From the IMG/VR virus record IMGVR_UViG_3300035208_006730: a DNA stretch of 64,000 bases; one strand, given 5' to 3'. The notes beneath the pieces were generated by a model that searched no databases, was not told where the DNA came from, and saw only the letters and a program-made list of their open reading frames with translations. The position numbers and the translations under genes were made by a program. Source of the DNA: a virus. Taxonomy: Duplodnaviria; Caudoviricetes. Shown here piece after piece: positions 9,473 through 20,376 of this stretch. Each line of letters starts with the position of its first letter. Within the stretch, counting starts at the first letter, position 1.

Positions 9473-9877
9473 ATGCAACAATCGACCAAAGCTCTTGTCC
9501 TTTACCTTGCGATTAAGTGGCCCGATAAATGGCCATCATCTACTTCTTGGACAGTAATACTTCTCTACTTGATTGATAAAGAATTTGGAAACTGTACAGG
9601 ATTATCTTGGGATAGTTCTGAATTCTATCCTCGTAATCAATCTCTTGAAAAATATATGGCAAGAATAAGTGATGAAATTGGTTGTTTTTGCAATCTTAAG
9701 ACCCAATTAAATCGTGGTGAATCCGAAAAGGCCATGAATCAAATCTTGATCGAGATTACACCTGAACAAAAGAAAGCAGCTGATTTTCTTCTTTTAGAAC
9801 TCGAGAATTGCAAGACAATTATAGATACTTTGAATTTAAAAAATCGCGCACAAACCTATCTTCAAGGAAAAAAATAA
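9473..9877 (+). CDS. possible divergent Panacea/SocA (DUF4065)-like protein
   Basis: LLYLIDKEF..CTGLSW....YP resembles the KLLYxxD..TGxxY..GP core. Confidence 0.3.
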   Translation: MQQSTKALVLYLAIKWPDKWPSSTSWTVILLYLIDKEFGNCTGLSWDSSEFYPRNQSLEKYMARISDEIGCFCNLKTQLNRGESEKAMNQILIEITPEQKKAADFLLLELENCKTIIDTLNLKNRAQTYLQGKK

Positions 9878-12800
9878 TGGATATAAGTTTAATCGACATT
9901 CCTTCAATGGCTTCTCTGCCAGTCAAAAACGAAATTATAGATGGAAAAACTTTTACCTTTTTCCAAGATTGGTCTGATACAGCAAATTTTATTGCCAGAA
10001 CTCTCTATTTTACAAAAGAAGAAACAGACATTAGAAACTTTATCTGGCGTATTGCTAGAACCTTAGGTATAGCTGGAACAGAACATCGTTATTTTCATGA
10101 TGAGAGTGAACAGAATTTTACAGAAAATATTGCAAATATTATTGCGAATCAGATGGGTTGCTTCAATTCTCCTGTTCTAATTAATTTGGGAGTTAAAGAG
10201 AATGCAATCCTTTCAGCTTGTTTTCTACTCGATATCCAAGATAATATGGAATCAATTATTCAAGAACAAATTAATGAAATAAATATCTTTCGTGGAGGTG
10301 CAGGAGTTGGTGTCAATTTCTCAGCACTTCGAGGCGAAGGAGAGTATCTGACTAGAGGTGGTACATCCTCAGGACCATTATCTTTTTTAAAAGCAATGGA
10401 TACTTGGTCAGGAGTAATCAAAGCTGGAGGCAAATGTTTACATCCAGATCAATATATATACACAGAAAGTGGTCCAATTAAGGTAAAAGATTTAACTAAT
10501 AAACCAAATGGATTTATTTGTATATCCTATGATCCTCCAAGTAAAAGATTTAAGTTAAAAAGAGCTTTTGCTTATCCAAGTGGTAAAAAACAAATACTTA
10601 AAGTTATTACTGATAAAGGAGAGTTTCTTGTATCTGAAGATCACCCATTTAAGCTGAGTCACGGAGAAGCAATTTTAGCTAAAAACTTAAAAAAGGGTCA
10701 AAGTTTATTTGCCTGTTCTATTGATTTTAGTTCACAATATCTTCGTTTATCTCTTCATGATGGAAATAAAGGAAAAGAACATATTCACAGATTAGTTGCA
10801 AAAGATATCATGGGTCAGAATATAGAGAATAAAACCATTCACCATAAAGATAAAAATATTTATAATAATCAAGAGTCCAATTTAGAAATTATGAGTAGAT
10901 CTGAGCATTCAGCTCTTCATTCTAATGAGTCAGTAACTAATCAAACTCATGTATTTCAAACTGTTCAGTTTCCACATGATGCAGAAAATAATGGAATGCA
11001 TTCATCGTCAGCGTTTTGGACAGATACAGAAAAAGTTGAAAAATATAAACAAAAACAGAGCTTTATATTGAAAAAACGAGGAGATGCTGCTAAAATGCAG
11101 GATGCTTCTTGTAGGCAATTAATGATGAATCGAGCCTATTCACTGATTAATCAAGGATATAATATTGATACATTTGATCTTTACATAGAAGCTAGAAAAA
11201 AGATATGTAAAATTGGTTCTAAACGAGAAATATTAGAAGCAATAACTCGTAGATTTGGAAATTATGAAAATTTTATAACAGAAGTTTATTCAAATAATCA
11301 TAAAGTTATTTCAGTTCAATCTTTAGGTGAAGAAGAAACTTATTCTGTTGAAGTAACTTGTCCAACTTTAGATGATAAATCAATCCAATCAGGACATAAT
11401 TTTGTAATTTGGCCTAATGACTCAAAAGTTGGTAATGGTGTTGTTGTTTTTAATAGCCGCAGGGCCGCACGTCTCACTTCTCTCGATATCGATCATCCTG
11501 ATATTGAAAAATTTATCAACTGTAAAATTAAAGAAGATCAGATTTTTCGTCTTCTTTTAAAAGAAGGATTCTCAGGTGGTATTGAAGGTGAAGCTGCAAA
11601 ATCAATCTCTTTCCAAAATACAAATCTTACATGTAATCTAACCGATGATTTCATGAAAGCAGTAGAAGAAGATAGCTCCTGGGAACTAAAAGGAAGAGTT
11701 AATTCTCGAGTCAATCGAAAGGTTAAAGCTAAAGACCTTTTTCATCAGATAGCAGTAGCTGCTTGGACAGTTGGTGAAGGCGCAGTCTTTTTTGTTGATA
11801 CCGCAAATAAAAATAATCCATTCAAAGAAAGAATCATTGGAACTAACGCATGTCAACCAGGATGGGCAACTGTTTTTACTCCAGATGGAATTAAAACCTT
11901 TAATCAAATACGAATTGGCGAAATAATTTGGTCTGGTAGAAATTGGACCTATGTTATTAGAAAAGAGAGCCGTGGAATAAAAGAAGTTAGAGCCTATAGA
12001 ACATGTAAAGGAACTTTTTATGGAACAAGTGATCATCAAGTTGTTTCTCTTGGCAATAAAATAGAAGTCAGGAAAGTTCGTTGCATTGATATCAGTCCCA
12101 AACTTCCAGGATTAGAGAATTCTGAAGAAAATTTATCGTCTTATACAATTCTCAGTGATGATTTCATTAATGAAGAAGAAGTTTTTTATATTACAGTAGA
12201 TTGTCTAGAACATACCTACTGGACCGATGGTCTTCTTGTCTCAAATTGTGGTGAAGTTACTACACCTCCAAATAACGCCTGTTGTCTTGCTTCAGTTAAT
12301 CTTCAAAAAATGCCCAATACTTCTATCCTTAATGATATTGTCCAGAATCTAACTCTTGGTCTTGATATTATTGTAGAAATATCAGGTTATCCAACAGAAG
12401 AAATCAGAAGAAACAGTCTCTTGTATCGTCCTCTTGGACTGGGAGTTACTGGATTAGGAGCAATGCTGGCTCAACAAGGAATTGATTATGATTCAGTTGA
12501 AGCTCACAGACTTGTAACTGAAATCTTTCATGAAATAAATAAAACAGCATGGAAAACAAGTTTTGCGCTAGGGATAGAAATGGGAACTAATCTTGGAAAA
12601 TATTCACTTGGAAAAATGTATACCTTTTTACATGAAAAAGATCTTTATCCCGCTATGATGGATTGTATACCTCGTAACTGTTTTGTTACTTCTTGTCCTC
12701 CGATTGGTACGACTGGACTGATAATGGATGCAGAAAGTAGTGGAATTGAGCCAATCTATTCTGAACGGACAGTTAAAGAACTTTCTACAGGTGAAAAGAT

Positions 12801-13668
12801 TCTTCAGACATTAAAGTGTGTTGAAGAGGGCCAAAAAAAAGGAAAACAAGAATTCAAGACAGCTAATGGGCAATATCCTCTACACTGGAATGATCATCTG
12901 ACAATGTTGAAAGCAATTTTTGATGGAGGATTGAGTCAGAACATCTCAAAGACAGTTAATCTTCCAAATGATGTTACTATTGCTGAAATTGAAATGATCT
13001 ATCTCACTGCATGGAAAATGGGATTGAAATCCTTGACTGTCTATCGAGATGGGTCCAAGGGGATTCAGCCTCTTACTAAAGAGCAAAAAGAAGTAGCAAA
13101 AGAGGCTCCAATTGAGACTCAAATGCAACGTAGAAGGAGAATGCCGGAGACTAGGTCAGCCGTTAATCATAAATTCAAATTAGGCGGCAAATCTTGCTAT
13201 ATTTCAGTTGGATTATTTGAAGATGGTACTCCTGGTGAATTGTTCGTTACAATGGATGAAGAGGATGAAGCTATTGTAAGATTGTTGGATTGCGTCGCGG
13301 TTTTAACTTCAATTGCTCTTCAGTATGGAGTTCCATTGGAGTCTATTGCCTACAAAATGTCAAAACCAAAGTTTCCTCCAAATGGATTCATGGAGGGTGA
13401 TATTAAATTCGCAAGATCCATTGTTGATTATATCTTCAAATGGATGACTAATAGATGGAATGAAGATTTTGTGAAATTTGTTGACATTTCGGCAGCTGTC
13501 AAACCATTGGAAGGAATAGAGGTCAAGATTGTTAATCAAAAAGAAGAATTAAAACTATTAACTAGTCAATATCAAACAAAGCTCTGTCCAAATTGTAGCT
13601 CTGAAATAAAGCTAGAAGGTTGTAGTACTTGTTCTAAATGTGGTTGGTCAAAAGGATGCGCAGGATGA
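9877..13668 (+). CDS. nrdJ: class II (adenosylcobalamin-dependent) ribonucleotide reductase with two inteins and a C-terminal TSCPD/Zn-finger region
   Basis: FNSPVLIN, LSACF, GGAGVGVNFS, SGPLSF, GG|RRAA, TNA|CGE, CCLASVNL, RPLGLG, ISKTVNLP, TVYRDGS, GLFEDGTPGELF. Confidence 0.93.
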   Translation: MDISLIDIPSMASLPVKNEIIDGKTFTFFQDWSDTANFIARTLYFTKEETDIRNFIWRIARTLGIAGTEHRYFHDESEQNFTENIANIIANQMGCFNSPVLINLGVKENAILSACFLLDIQDNMESIIQEQINEINIFRGGAGVGVNFSALRGEGEYLTRGGTSSGPLSFLKAMDTWSGVIKAGGKCLHPDQYIYTESGPIKVKDLTNKPNGFICISYDPPSKRFKLKRAFAYPSGKKQILKVITDKGEFLVSEDHPFKLSHGEAILAKNLKKGQSLFACSIDFSSQYLRLSLHDGNKGKEHIHRLVAKDIMGQNIENKTIHHKDKNIYNNQESNLEIMSRSEHSALHSNESVTNQTHVFQTVQFPHDAENNGMHSSSAFWTDTEKVEKYKQKQSFILKKRGDAAKMQDASCRQLMMNRAYSLINQGYNIDTFDLYIEARKKICKIGSKREILEAITRRFGNYENFITEVYSNNHKVISVQSLGEEETYSVEVTCPTLDDKSIQSGHNFVIWPNDSKVGNGVVVFNSRRAARLTSLDIDHPDIEKFINCKIKEDQIFRLLLKEGFSGGIEGEAAKSISFQNTNLTCNLTDDFMKAVEEDSSWELKGRVNSRVNRKVKAKDLFHQIAVAAWTVGEGAVFFVDTANKNNPFKERIIGTNACQPGWATVFTPDGIKTFNQIRIGEIIWSGRNWTYVIRKESRGIKEVRAYRTCKGTFYGTSDHQVVSLGNKIEVRKVRCIDISPKLPGLENSEENLSSYTILSDDFINEEEVFYITVDCLEHTYWTDGLLVSNCGEVTTPPNNACCLASVNLQKMPNTSILNDIVQNLTLGLDIIVEISGYPTEEIRRNSLLYRPLGLGVTGLGAMLAQQGIDYDSVEAHRLVTEIFHEINKTAWKTSFALGIEMGTNLGKYSLGKMYTFLHEKDLYPAMMDCIPRNCFVTSCPPIGTTGLIMDAESSGIEPIYSERTVKELSTGEKILQTLKCVEEGQKKGKQEFKTANGQYPLHWNDHLTMLKAIFDGGLSQNISKTVNLPNDVTIAEIEMIYLTAWKMGLKSLTVYRDGSKGIQPLTKEQKEVAKEAPIETQMQRRRRMPETRSAVNHKFKLGGKSCYISVGLFEDGTPGELFVTMDEEDEAIVRLLDCVAVLTSIALQYGVPLESIAYKMSKPKFPPNGFMEGDIKFARSIVDYIFKWMTNRWNEDFVKFVDISAAVKPLEGIEVKIVNQKEELKLLTSQYQTKLCPNCSSEIKLEGCSTCSKCGWSKGCAG
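10435..11454 (+). mobile_element. intein 1 in NrdJ (340 aa) with HNH homing endonuclease
   Basis: GGK|CLHPDQ...VVVFN|SRRAA; internal HRLVA..IHHKDKNIYNNQESNLEIM. Confidence 0.9.
11851..12246 (+). mobile_element. intein 2 in NrdJ (132-aa mini-intein) at the catalytic cysteine
   Basis: GTNA|CQPGWA...TSDHQV...LLVSN|CGE; no endonuclease domain. Confidence 0.9.
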
Positions 13669-14988
13669 ATGAAAAAACAATAACTTTTCTCTCCCTGTGT
13701 AAATGTATTGGATATATCAGAGTGACAATTAATCGTCCTATTCGACAAGAAATACAAGCTTTCCACGATGATAGTACAGATCGTAGTAAAAGATTTAATC
13801 AATTAATGGGCGTACTCCGATTACTTAATGGAGAAGGATGCAGTGGTGGAACTACATCTTATGGATATGATCAAGCAAATAAATGGGAAGGCTGGGGACT
13901 TACTCCAGGAGATTACAATCTCGTCAATTGGGAACTTAACTTTGATTTTTTAGAACAGGTCATTAGAAATGAATCAAGAACTCAAGAAATTAGTTGAATC
14001 GAATCTTTCCTCATCTTGAGATGTTTAATCTCTTTTTGGAGATAACGAAGAAGACTGTTGTCCTGCAGTAAATCTGGATTGGTATTCGATTATCGAAGAG
14101 TTGGAAAAGAATGGACTAACTATCAAGGAGAAGAAATGATAGCAGAATTAATTAGAAAGCTGAAAGAAGATCACTACCGTTGTGGAGATGATTTTCATTC
14201 ATGTCCATTAAGTGGAAAATGCGAGAATGATCAGGCTGAGGGTTGCACTTGTGGTGCAGATGAGAAAAACAAAAAACTCGAAGAGATTGCTGTTATCGTC
14301 GAAGAGTATGAAAAGACTCTTGAAAGAATAGCAAGTTGTGATTCTCACTTCCCAGGAGATTATCTAGCTCAAAAACTTTTAACAAGGACTGAAGCTTTTC
14401 TTTCTCCTTGGATGAAGGAGTGTATTAAAAAAAAATGAACTAGAAAAGCTAAAAAGAGATATTCATCTCGCTAATCTAGAGAAACTTGCCAAAGAAGATA
14501 TTGATCTACTTTCCCAAGTAGAATATTGGCAATTTCGAGCAACTCATTTTTCTATACAAGGAGATATTCTGCGGATTGAGAATGAGAGTCTCTACAAAGA
14601 GTTAGATGAATTGGATGATCTTCTGACAGAAAAAGATCTTCTTATTAATCAACTTAAGTCCCAAGTCCTCTCAAAAGGACCCTGTAATAATTGTAAGTGG
14701 TTTGGAGAAGATAATATTCATTGTGATGAATGAAAATTTTGAGGAAAAATGAAAAGAACGTTCACTCTCAAGATAGAAGTCCAAGATATTAAATATTCTC
14801 TCACAATCGATGGGCTTTCCTTGAATGAAAAAAAAGAACTTCTTCAAAGACTCTCTAAACATGGAGAATTAAAGGATCATTGTCTTTTTGTGGGAGATGA
14901 TGAAGAAGCAATCAAAGAAGTAATGAATTTTCTTCTGAGAAGCGATTTCTAAAGAAGTCAAATTTGAAAATTATTTTTTGGAGCCAAA

Positions 14989-15333
14989 ATGAGCAAATCT
15001 AGTTGGAGAAAAGAATTCTATCCAATTCCACCAAGTAAAGTTCCTAAAAAAAATGCCTTAAAACATTCTCTTCAAAAATGGATTGGAATGCTTCCAGAGA
15101 ATTTAGAAAAACATGGTTTAGAAAAAGACGATGTACCTATCCGTATGGATAGCAAAACTTGTACTCTTTGTTATTATTATGGAAAATTTACTTGTATCGG
15201 TTGTCCATTTAATGAAAATGAAAGTGAATTTAACGAAGAATTTTGTCGTGAATATTTCGAATCTTGGTGGAGGAATAATAATCCTAAACCAATGATCGAA
15301 GCTCTTCAACGTCTGGTGGAAAAATGCAAGTAG
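14989..15333 (+). CDS. Cys-rich hypothetical protein, paralog of 21309-21665
   Basis: shared MSKxSW..YP..SLxKW.G..ENLEKH..TCxLC..CPF..PMIEAL. Confidence 0.7.
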   Translation: MSKSSWRKEFYPIPPSKVPKKNALKHSLQKWIGMLPENLEKHGLEKDDVPIRMDSKTCTLCYYYGKFTCIGCPFNENESEFNEEFCREYFESWWRNNNPKPMIEALQRLVEKCK

Positions 15334-16085
15334 GTCAAACAGTATATTTCTCATCTTCAGATGGTCGAGAACCAATTAGAGAAGGTAAGATTACCGAAAT
15401 TGGTAAAAAATACTTCAAAGTTGATGTGGCTTATCGAACAAGATTTTTCATTAAAAATTGTTATGAAGATAAAACTAGAGGTTCTCGTGGATATCTTTCT
15501 AAACAAGAACTCGATGATACACAAGAAAAAGCAAATCTTTTAAATATTTGTGAGCAAACAAAATGGCGATCTCTAAATCTTAAAATACTTAGACAAGTCG
15601 TAAAAACACTAAAAGGAGAAGTTGAATGTTTCTAGAACGTAAAATGGTAGTTGATGGCCAAAAAGTTTTTTTCCGGTACGAAACTCCTGACCATCAAGAA
15701 CTAGAAAATTTCCAGGTGTATGTAGACAATAAAAGAATCTCAGCAGATATTGTCGCCTTAAATACAGAAGAAGGATGGGTTGACATTGAACTTCCCGTTC
15801 TTCCTCAGATTGATCTGAATACAATGAAGCCCTTGAAGTATGAAGGCAATGAAACCTTTACTCGACAGCTTCGCCGTTTAACGGGAAGTGTTGTCTTGAG
15901 GACAAAATGATAACTTGTGATGAATGTAATCGAGATATCGATACAGAGACTATCTGTCGCGAATGCTATTCTAAACTACAAGATGAAAACAACGATCTTA
16001 TTGATGAAAATTCTGATCTGATGGCTGAAAATGAAGATCTCAAAGCAAAGATTAGAGATCTAGAAAATGAAGCTGGAGAGAAGGA

Positions 16086-16802
16086 ATGAAAGTTCTTTTT
16101 AGGCAAGATCGTTTTCAAAAAAATACTCTCTGTACTATCAGAATTGATAACTTCCCAAAATTACTCTTCTGGGGAATTGCGCGACGAAATCCAAAAGATC
16201 CTGGAAGACAAGAATTTGGTGAATGTCTTGCTTTTACTCGAGCTAATGATGTAATTGAAGATACCGCTTCTGATTCTTCTCCTGAAAAGTTTTCTAGATG
16301 GGGATCAATATTATTTGAAAATGAAAAGAATAATACTCAAGGACTTTGTTACCAAGATAATCTTCAACATCTTCTAGATTGGTTCTATTCTTGGGATCGG
16401 AAACCTACAAGAGCTCAACGAGAAGACCAAGATATTGTTTTCTATTCTTGCGAAGACGGTGAAAATCTAAGTCACGAATCGGTTGATGAAGCTGTTCTTG
16501 AATATCTTGAGGGTTATCTTCAAGATGGAATGGAGCCGCCTGAAGAAGTGACTGTTTTCGGTTACAAAAGAGAAACAGTTGATCGAAGGTATCTTCATCC
16601 TCTTGAAAGTCTTTTGCAGATTCTAGATGATGATTACGGAGATGATGTGACTATTGCCACAGAAAAAATGCTTGAAGCAGAGAAGCAATTTCTTGACATT
16701 GTTATCTCGGAATACTGTCCCTGGTCTTGTATCAAGGTAAAAGAAATTACTGTTAATTCAAAAGATTTTTTCTCGGATGAAATGTGGGAGGAGTGGGGAT
16801 AA
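16086..16802 (+). CDS. hypothetical protein, apparently two fused phage domains
   Basis: N-terminal WGIARRNPKD..FGECLAFTRA; acidic C-terminal domain. Confidence 0.5.
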   Translation: MKVLFRQDRFQKNTLCTIRIDNFPKLLFWGIARRNPKDPGRQEFGECLAFTRANDVIEDTASDSSPEKFSRWGSILFENEKNNTQGLCYQDNLQHLLDWFYSWDRKPTRAQREDQDIVFYSCEDGENLSHESVDEAVLEYLEGYLQDGMEPPEEVTVFGYKRETVDRRYLHPLESLLQILDDDYGDDVTIATEKMLEAEKQFLDIVISEYCPWSCIKVKEITVNSKDFFSDEMWEEWG

Positions 16803-17392
16803 TGGATCGAGATGAAGATCTGTTTAACAATTGTTGTGAAAGATTCACAAAGGAGACTAAATGAGAGTAGATCAGATGAAGGAAGGGAAATATTATTATT
16901 TTTATGCACGATGTCCAAATAAGAATAGGACAGCTCTAATTCCTAAAAACACTTTAGTCCTGAATGTCGTGAAGGACCATATCTTTTATGGCATTTCTCG
17001 TACTGATATTATAGGAGGTCCTGAAGTTCCTCCTGATCAGGCTTGTAAAAAGCTAGGTCGTACTGAAGCAATAAAGAATCTTGAAGATTTTCAAGCTTTC
17101 TTTAATAAAGAAAATGCTTTTCGAGCTCCTGAGGTTATTTCTGAATTAATTCAAACAAACTTCGAGGGGATCTATCAGCAAAGGTCTTGTGGAATTGTTC
17201 CCAAAGAAAAAGTAAATCAAATTTTTGATCTATTCTTTCACTTGGATACTTGTCTTGATCCTCGCCTTGAAATGCAGGGATTCACAGATCAGTATTTCTT
17301 GATGTCAGTTAAAGTCTATCGTGACGGGACTATCGAAAGCCCACTACTTCCAAAATATTCTGAAGATAATGATGAGGATTTTGAGCTAGATA

Positions 17393-18115
17393 ATGATTGA
17401 TGGTCGTGCATCTACAATTAGACGAATAGAGAGAGAAATAGATACTGGTTTGGAACTTGCTCCTAAAGAAAAGATTATTAGCAGTAATTGGAAAGTTGGC
17501 GCGTCAATTAATTTTCCCAATATTACCTGCCAGCCCACCCGAATCTGCGGTCAATGTTGTTATGGAGCTATTCCTGGAAGACCAATTACTTTCACAAATT
17601 CTATCAAAAAATTTCTACGTAACTATTGGTATTTCAAAAACAATCCGACCGCAGAAGTAACAGATAGACTCTGTAGCGAGCTAGAGAAGAAGAGATTTGC
17701 TTTTCTTCGCTGGAATGGAAAGGGTGATGTCTTTCCTGAATCAGCTCGAGTCATTAACGAAGTGGCTCGAGCGTTTCCGAAAATGAAATTCTGGATTACA
17801 ACAAGAAAACCAGCAATCGTTCCTCTAATTGAAGAACTTCCTAACATCTTTCTGATGTTTTCTTTGGATAGTAGTTCTTTGGATCGAATGAAAAAGATTG
17901 AAGATCATTCGAGAATCTATTATTCTTTTCTGAGAACTAAAGAAGACGATATTGTTCCAGATAAAGCTAAAATTGTTTTTAATCTGAAGCAAGATAAAAC
18001 ACTTTCCATCGGAGATTCTCGCTGGTGTAGAGCTGATACTAAAGTTCTCACTACGAAGAATGCTTGTGGGTCTTGTAGAAAATGTTTTTCAGAAAGGATT
18101 TTTAATGGGAGATAA
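17393..18115 (+). CDS. Gp88-like / radical-SAM-related protein
   Basis: TCQPTRICGQCCYG Cys cluster, LRWNGKGDV, FWITTRK, MFSLD, C-terminal CGSCRKC. Confidence 0.65.
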   Translation: MIDGRASTIRRIEREIDTGLELAPKEKIISSNWKVGASINFPNITCQPTRICGQCCYGAIPGRPITFTNSIKKFLRNYWYFKNNPTAEVTDRLCSELEKKRFAFLRWNGKGDVFPESARVINEVARAFPKMKFWITTRKPAIVPLIEELPNIFLMFSLDSSSLDRMKKIEDHSRIYYSFLRTKEDDIVPDKAKIVFNLKQDKTLSIGDSRWCRADTKVLTTKNACGSCRKCFSERIFNGR

Positions 18116-18527
18116 TACAGAGTTTCGAGGAGTTCTTGAATTCACTACTGATCTTACTACAAAAGAGCTAAGTTATCTTACTCAATTCCTTGGTGCAGAT
18201 TGTAGAGAACATCCAGAGTGGCCTAGTCCTGAGGGTTTGACTTTTATAGATCTACGATTAACTAAAGACTTCTTAGGTCTAGAGTGGAACAGTGATACAG
18301 AAAAGACCTACGGAATGGTCGAAGCCATTAATTTCATTATTGCTCGAATGAAAACTATCATGCCTAACTTTGGATTAAAGGGCGAGATGTTTGCTCAGGG
18401 GGAAGAGTTTGGTGATATCTGGAAGATCGTTTTTAAAGATGGGGTAGCCAAGAAAGTTAATATCCCACTAGAGGACGAAGAAATTAAATGTCCTTTCTGT
18501 AAAAGGAAGTTCAAAAAAGATCAATAA
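18105..18527 (+). CDS. conserved phage hypothetical protein with C-terminal CxxC
   Basis: GLEWNSDTEKTY...LKGEMFAQGEE..DIW pattern. Confidence 0.55.
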   Translation: MGDNTEFRGVLEFTTDLTTKELSYLTQFLGADCREHPEWPSPEGLTFIDLRLTKDFLGLEWNSDTEKTYGMVEAINFIIARMKTIMPNFGLKGEMFAQGEEFGDIWKIVFKDGVAKKVNIPLEDEEIKCPFCKRKFKKDQ

Positions 18528-18758
18528 CTTAGATGGATCTACAATGATTTGGACAACTGAAAATGATGTCTATTGTCTCATTACTATCTTCATCTCAATG
18601 ATCATTGTGTTCTTTCTTCATTCAATGATTCATTTTTCTTTTCTATTTCTTGTCGCTATCTCACTTGCTCAACTGATCCCTTTTATCTTTATAGCTTTAA
18701 AAGTAGGTCTTGTGATCTTTAAAAGAGAAAAACAGTTGGACTTACCCCTGGAGAAATA

Positions 18759-19253
18759 ATGGTAATACCTTACTTTATTGGGAAAGATGTTTTGTGCGAT
18801 CTAGATAGTGATGTTTGGATGTCATCTAGAGTCAAATTCATTCGACGGGATAAGTCTATCCTGATGAAGATATTGAATCTATTTCTTCCAAAAGATACCT
18901 GGATGACTCTTGGAAATAGAATCTATTATCCAATTTCAGTCGAAGATCCGATGGACAAAAAGTATTATGATGTACGTCATCATGAATACATTCATTTTGT
19001 TCAATTCTCTAGATATGGTTATCTTGGAGTACTCATAATTTATTTCATCTTTCCATTACCAATTCTTTTTAGTGGACGCTGGTTTATTGAACGAAAAGCT
19101 TATCTTTGGGATCTTTGTTTTACAAAAATTACAATTAATGAAGTAGTGAATACTCTTTGGAAATTCTATTTATTTCCTTGGCCAAAATTTCTAATGAAAA
19201 GATGGTTTGAAAAGATGAAAGAAAAAGACCATAGAAAAAATTGGGATAAGTAA
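18759..19253 (+). CDS. putative zinc metallopeptidase-like membrane protein
   Basis: TLGNRIY...HEYIHFVQ (HExxH), a TM segment, then ERKAY. Confidence 0.55.
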   Translation: MVIPYFIGKDVLCDLDSDVWMSSRVKFIRRDKSILMKILNLFLPKDTWMTLGNRIYYPISVEDPMDKKYYDVRHHEYIHFVQFSRYGYLGVLIIYFIFPLPILFSGRWFIERKAYLWDLCFTKITINEVVNTLWKFYLFPWPKFLMKRWFEKMKEKDHRKNWDK

Positions 19254-20376
19254 TGAATACTTACATTCTCATCTCTTCAGATCAAGAAATTCCATTCGAA
19301 GCGTCTTCAGATGAAGAAGCTTTGACAATGGTAGTAAATGATAACCTCCCAGAACCAATCTCTAAAGACATAGAATATCGTCTTTGTTTGCTCATCGCTT
19401 CTTTTGAGGCTCAAGAGGTATAAAATTATGGAATGGATAAATTTTAATAAAAAGAAACCAAGACTAACTGGATATTACTTAGTATTAAGTCCTCGACCCA
19501 TAATGAATAAAATGTATGCTGTCAAAAAGTATTTAGCTTATTCTGCTTATGCTTTTTGGAATGGAGAGTTTTGGCAATCAGCAACATCAGTTAGTAAGGT
19601 AGGAGGAGAAGTAATAGATGATGTGGCCTACTGGTTATTCGTACCTCAACAACCTAGAGGACTTAAGAGAAAGATAGAAAAAGCCATAAAATTTGATAGC
19701 TTATCTCAAGATATTAAAGATTTGTTTCGAGCCAAATATTCTAAAGCTATAATTTTAGATACACTAAAAAAAGTTGGAAGAGAGAAAGAACTCGAAGGAT
19801 TAAGATAAATATATCGATACTTGAATAGTTTCTATGATGGTAAATTTAAAGAAGATGATTCTTCAAGCCAATATCTTGAAACCTTAAGACCTCCAATTAT
19901 CTACAAAGGATTTTCCATTTTTCATCGCATCCAAAGTAGCTCTTCAGGAGGAAATTGTTTTGTAAAGGATGTATTGGAATGATGGCAGGATTAAATGGAG
20001 CAAAAAGAAGAATAGATGAAATATCAAATTCGTGATGAATCCGTTGTTGAAGCAGAGTCATCAAGTTTTTGTAAAGCAATAGAAAAATTCGATAAAAATA
20101 TTTATACTGTTGGAGTAGAAATATGGTGGCGACCTAATAGTATCATTCCCTATCGTAAACTAACTGATTATGAGATTAATCAAGAAATCGAAAAGTTATG
20201 ATTGAAGGATTACAAAAACAATTAACTATTTTATTTGAACCAATATTCAGACGTGCCATGTTGCGGACGATGTTACACAAGAAAGATAGAATTGGGAACA
20301 TTTGGTGGGCATGGCATCTACGCGATCAGGAAAAATTATTTGTAAGAACAGTTAACAATCAACAAGGAGATTCTAA

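Noticed and set aside
9808-9876. N-terminal extension of NrdJ in the ORF track
   Set aside because: Overlaps the upstream gene; ATG 9877 is coupled by TAATG
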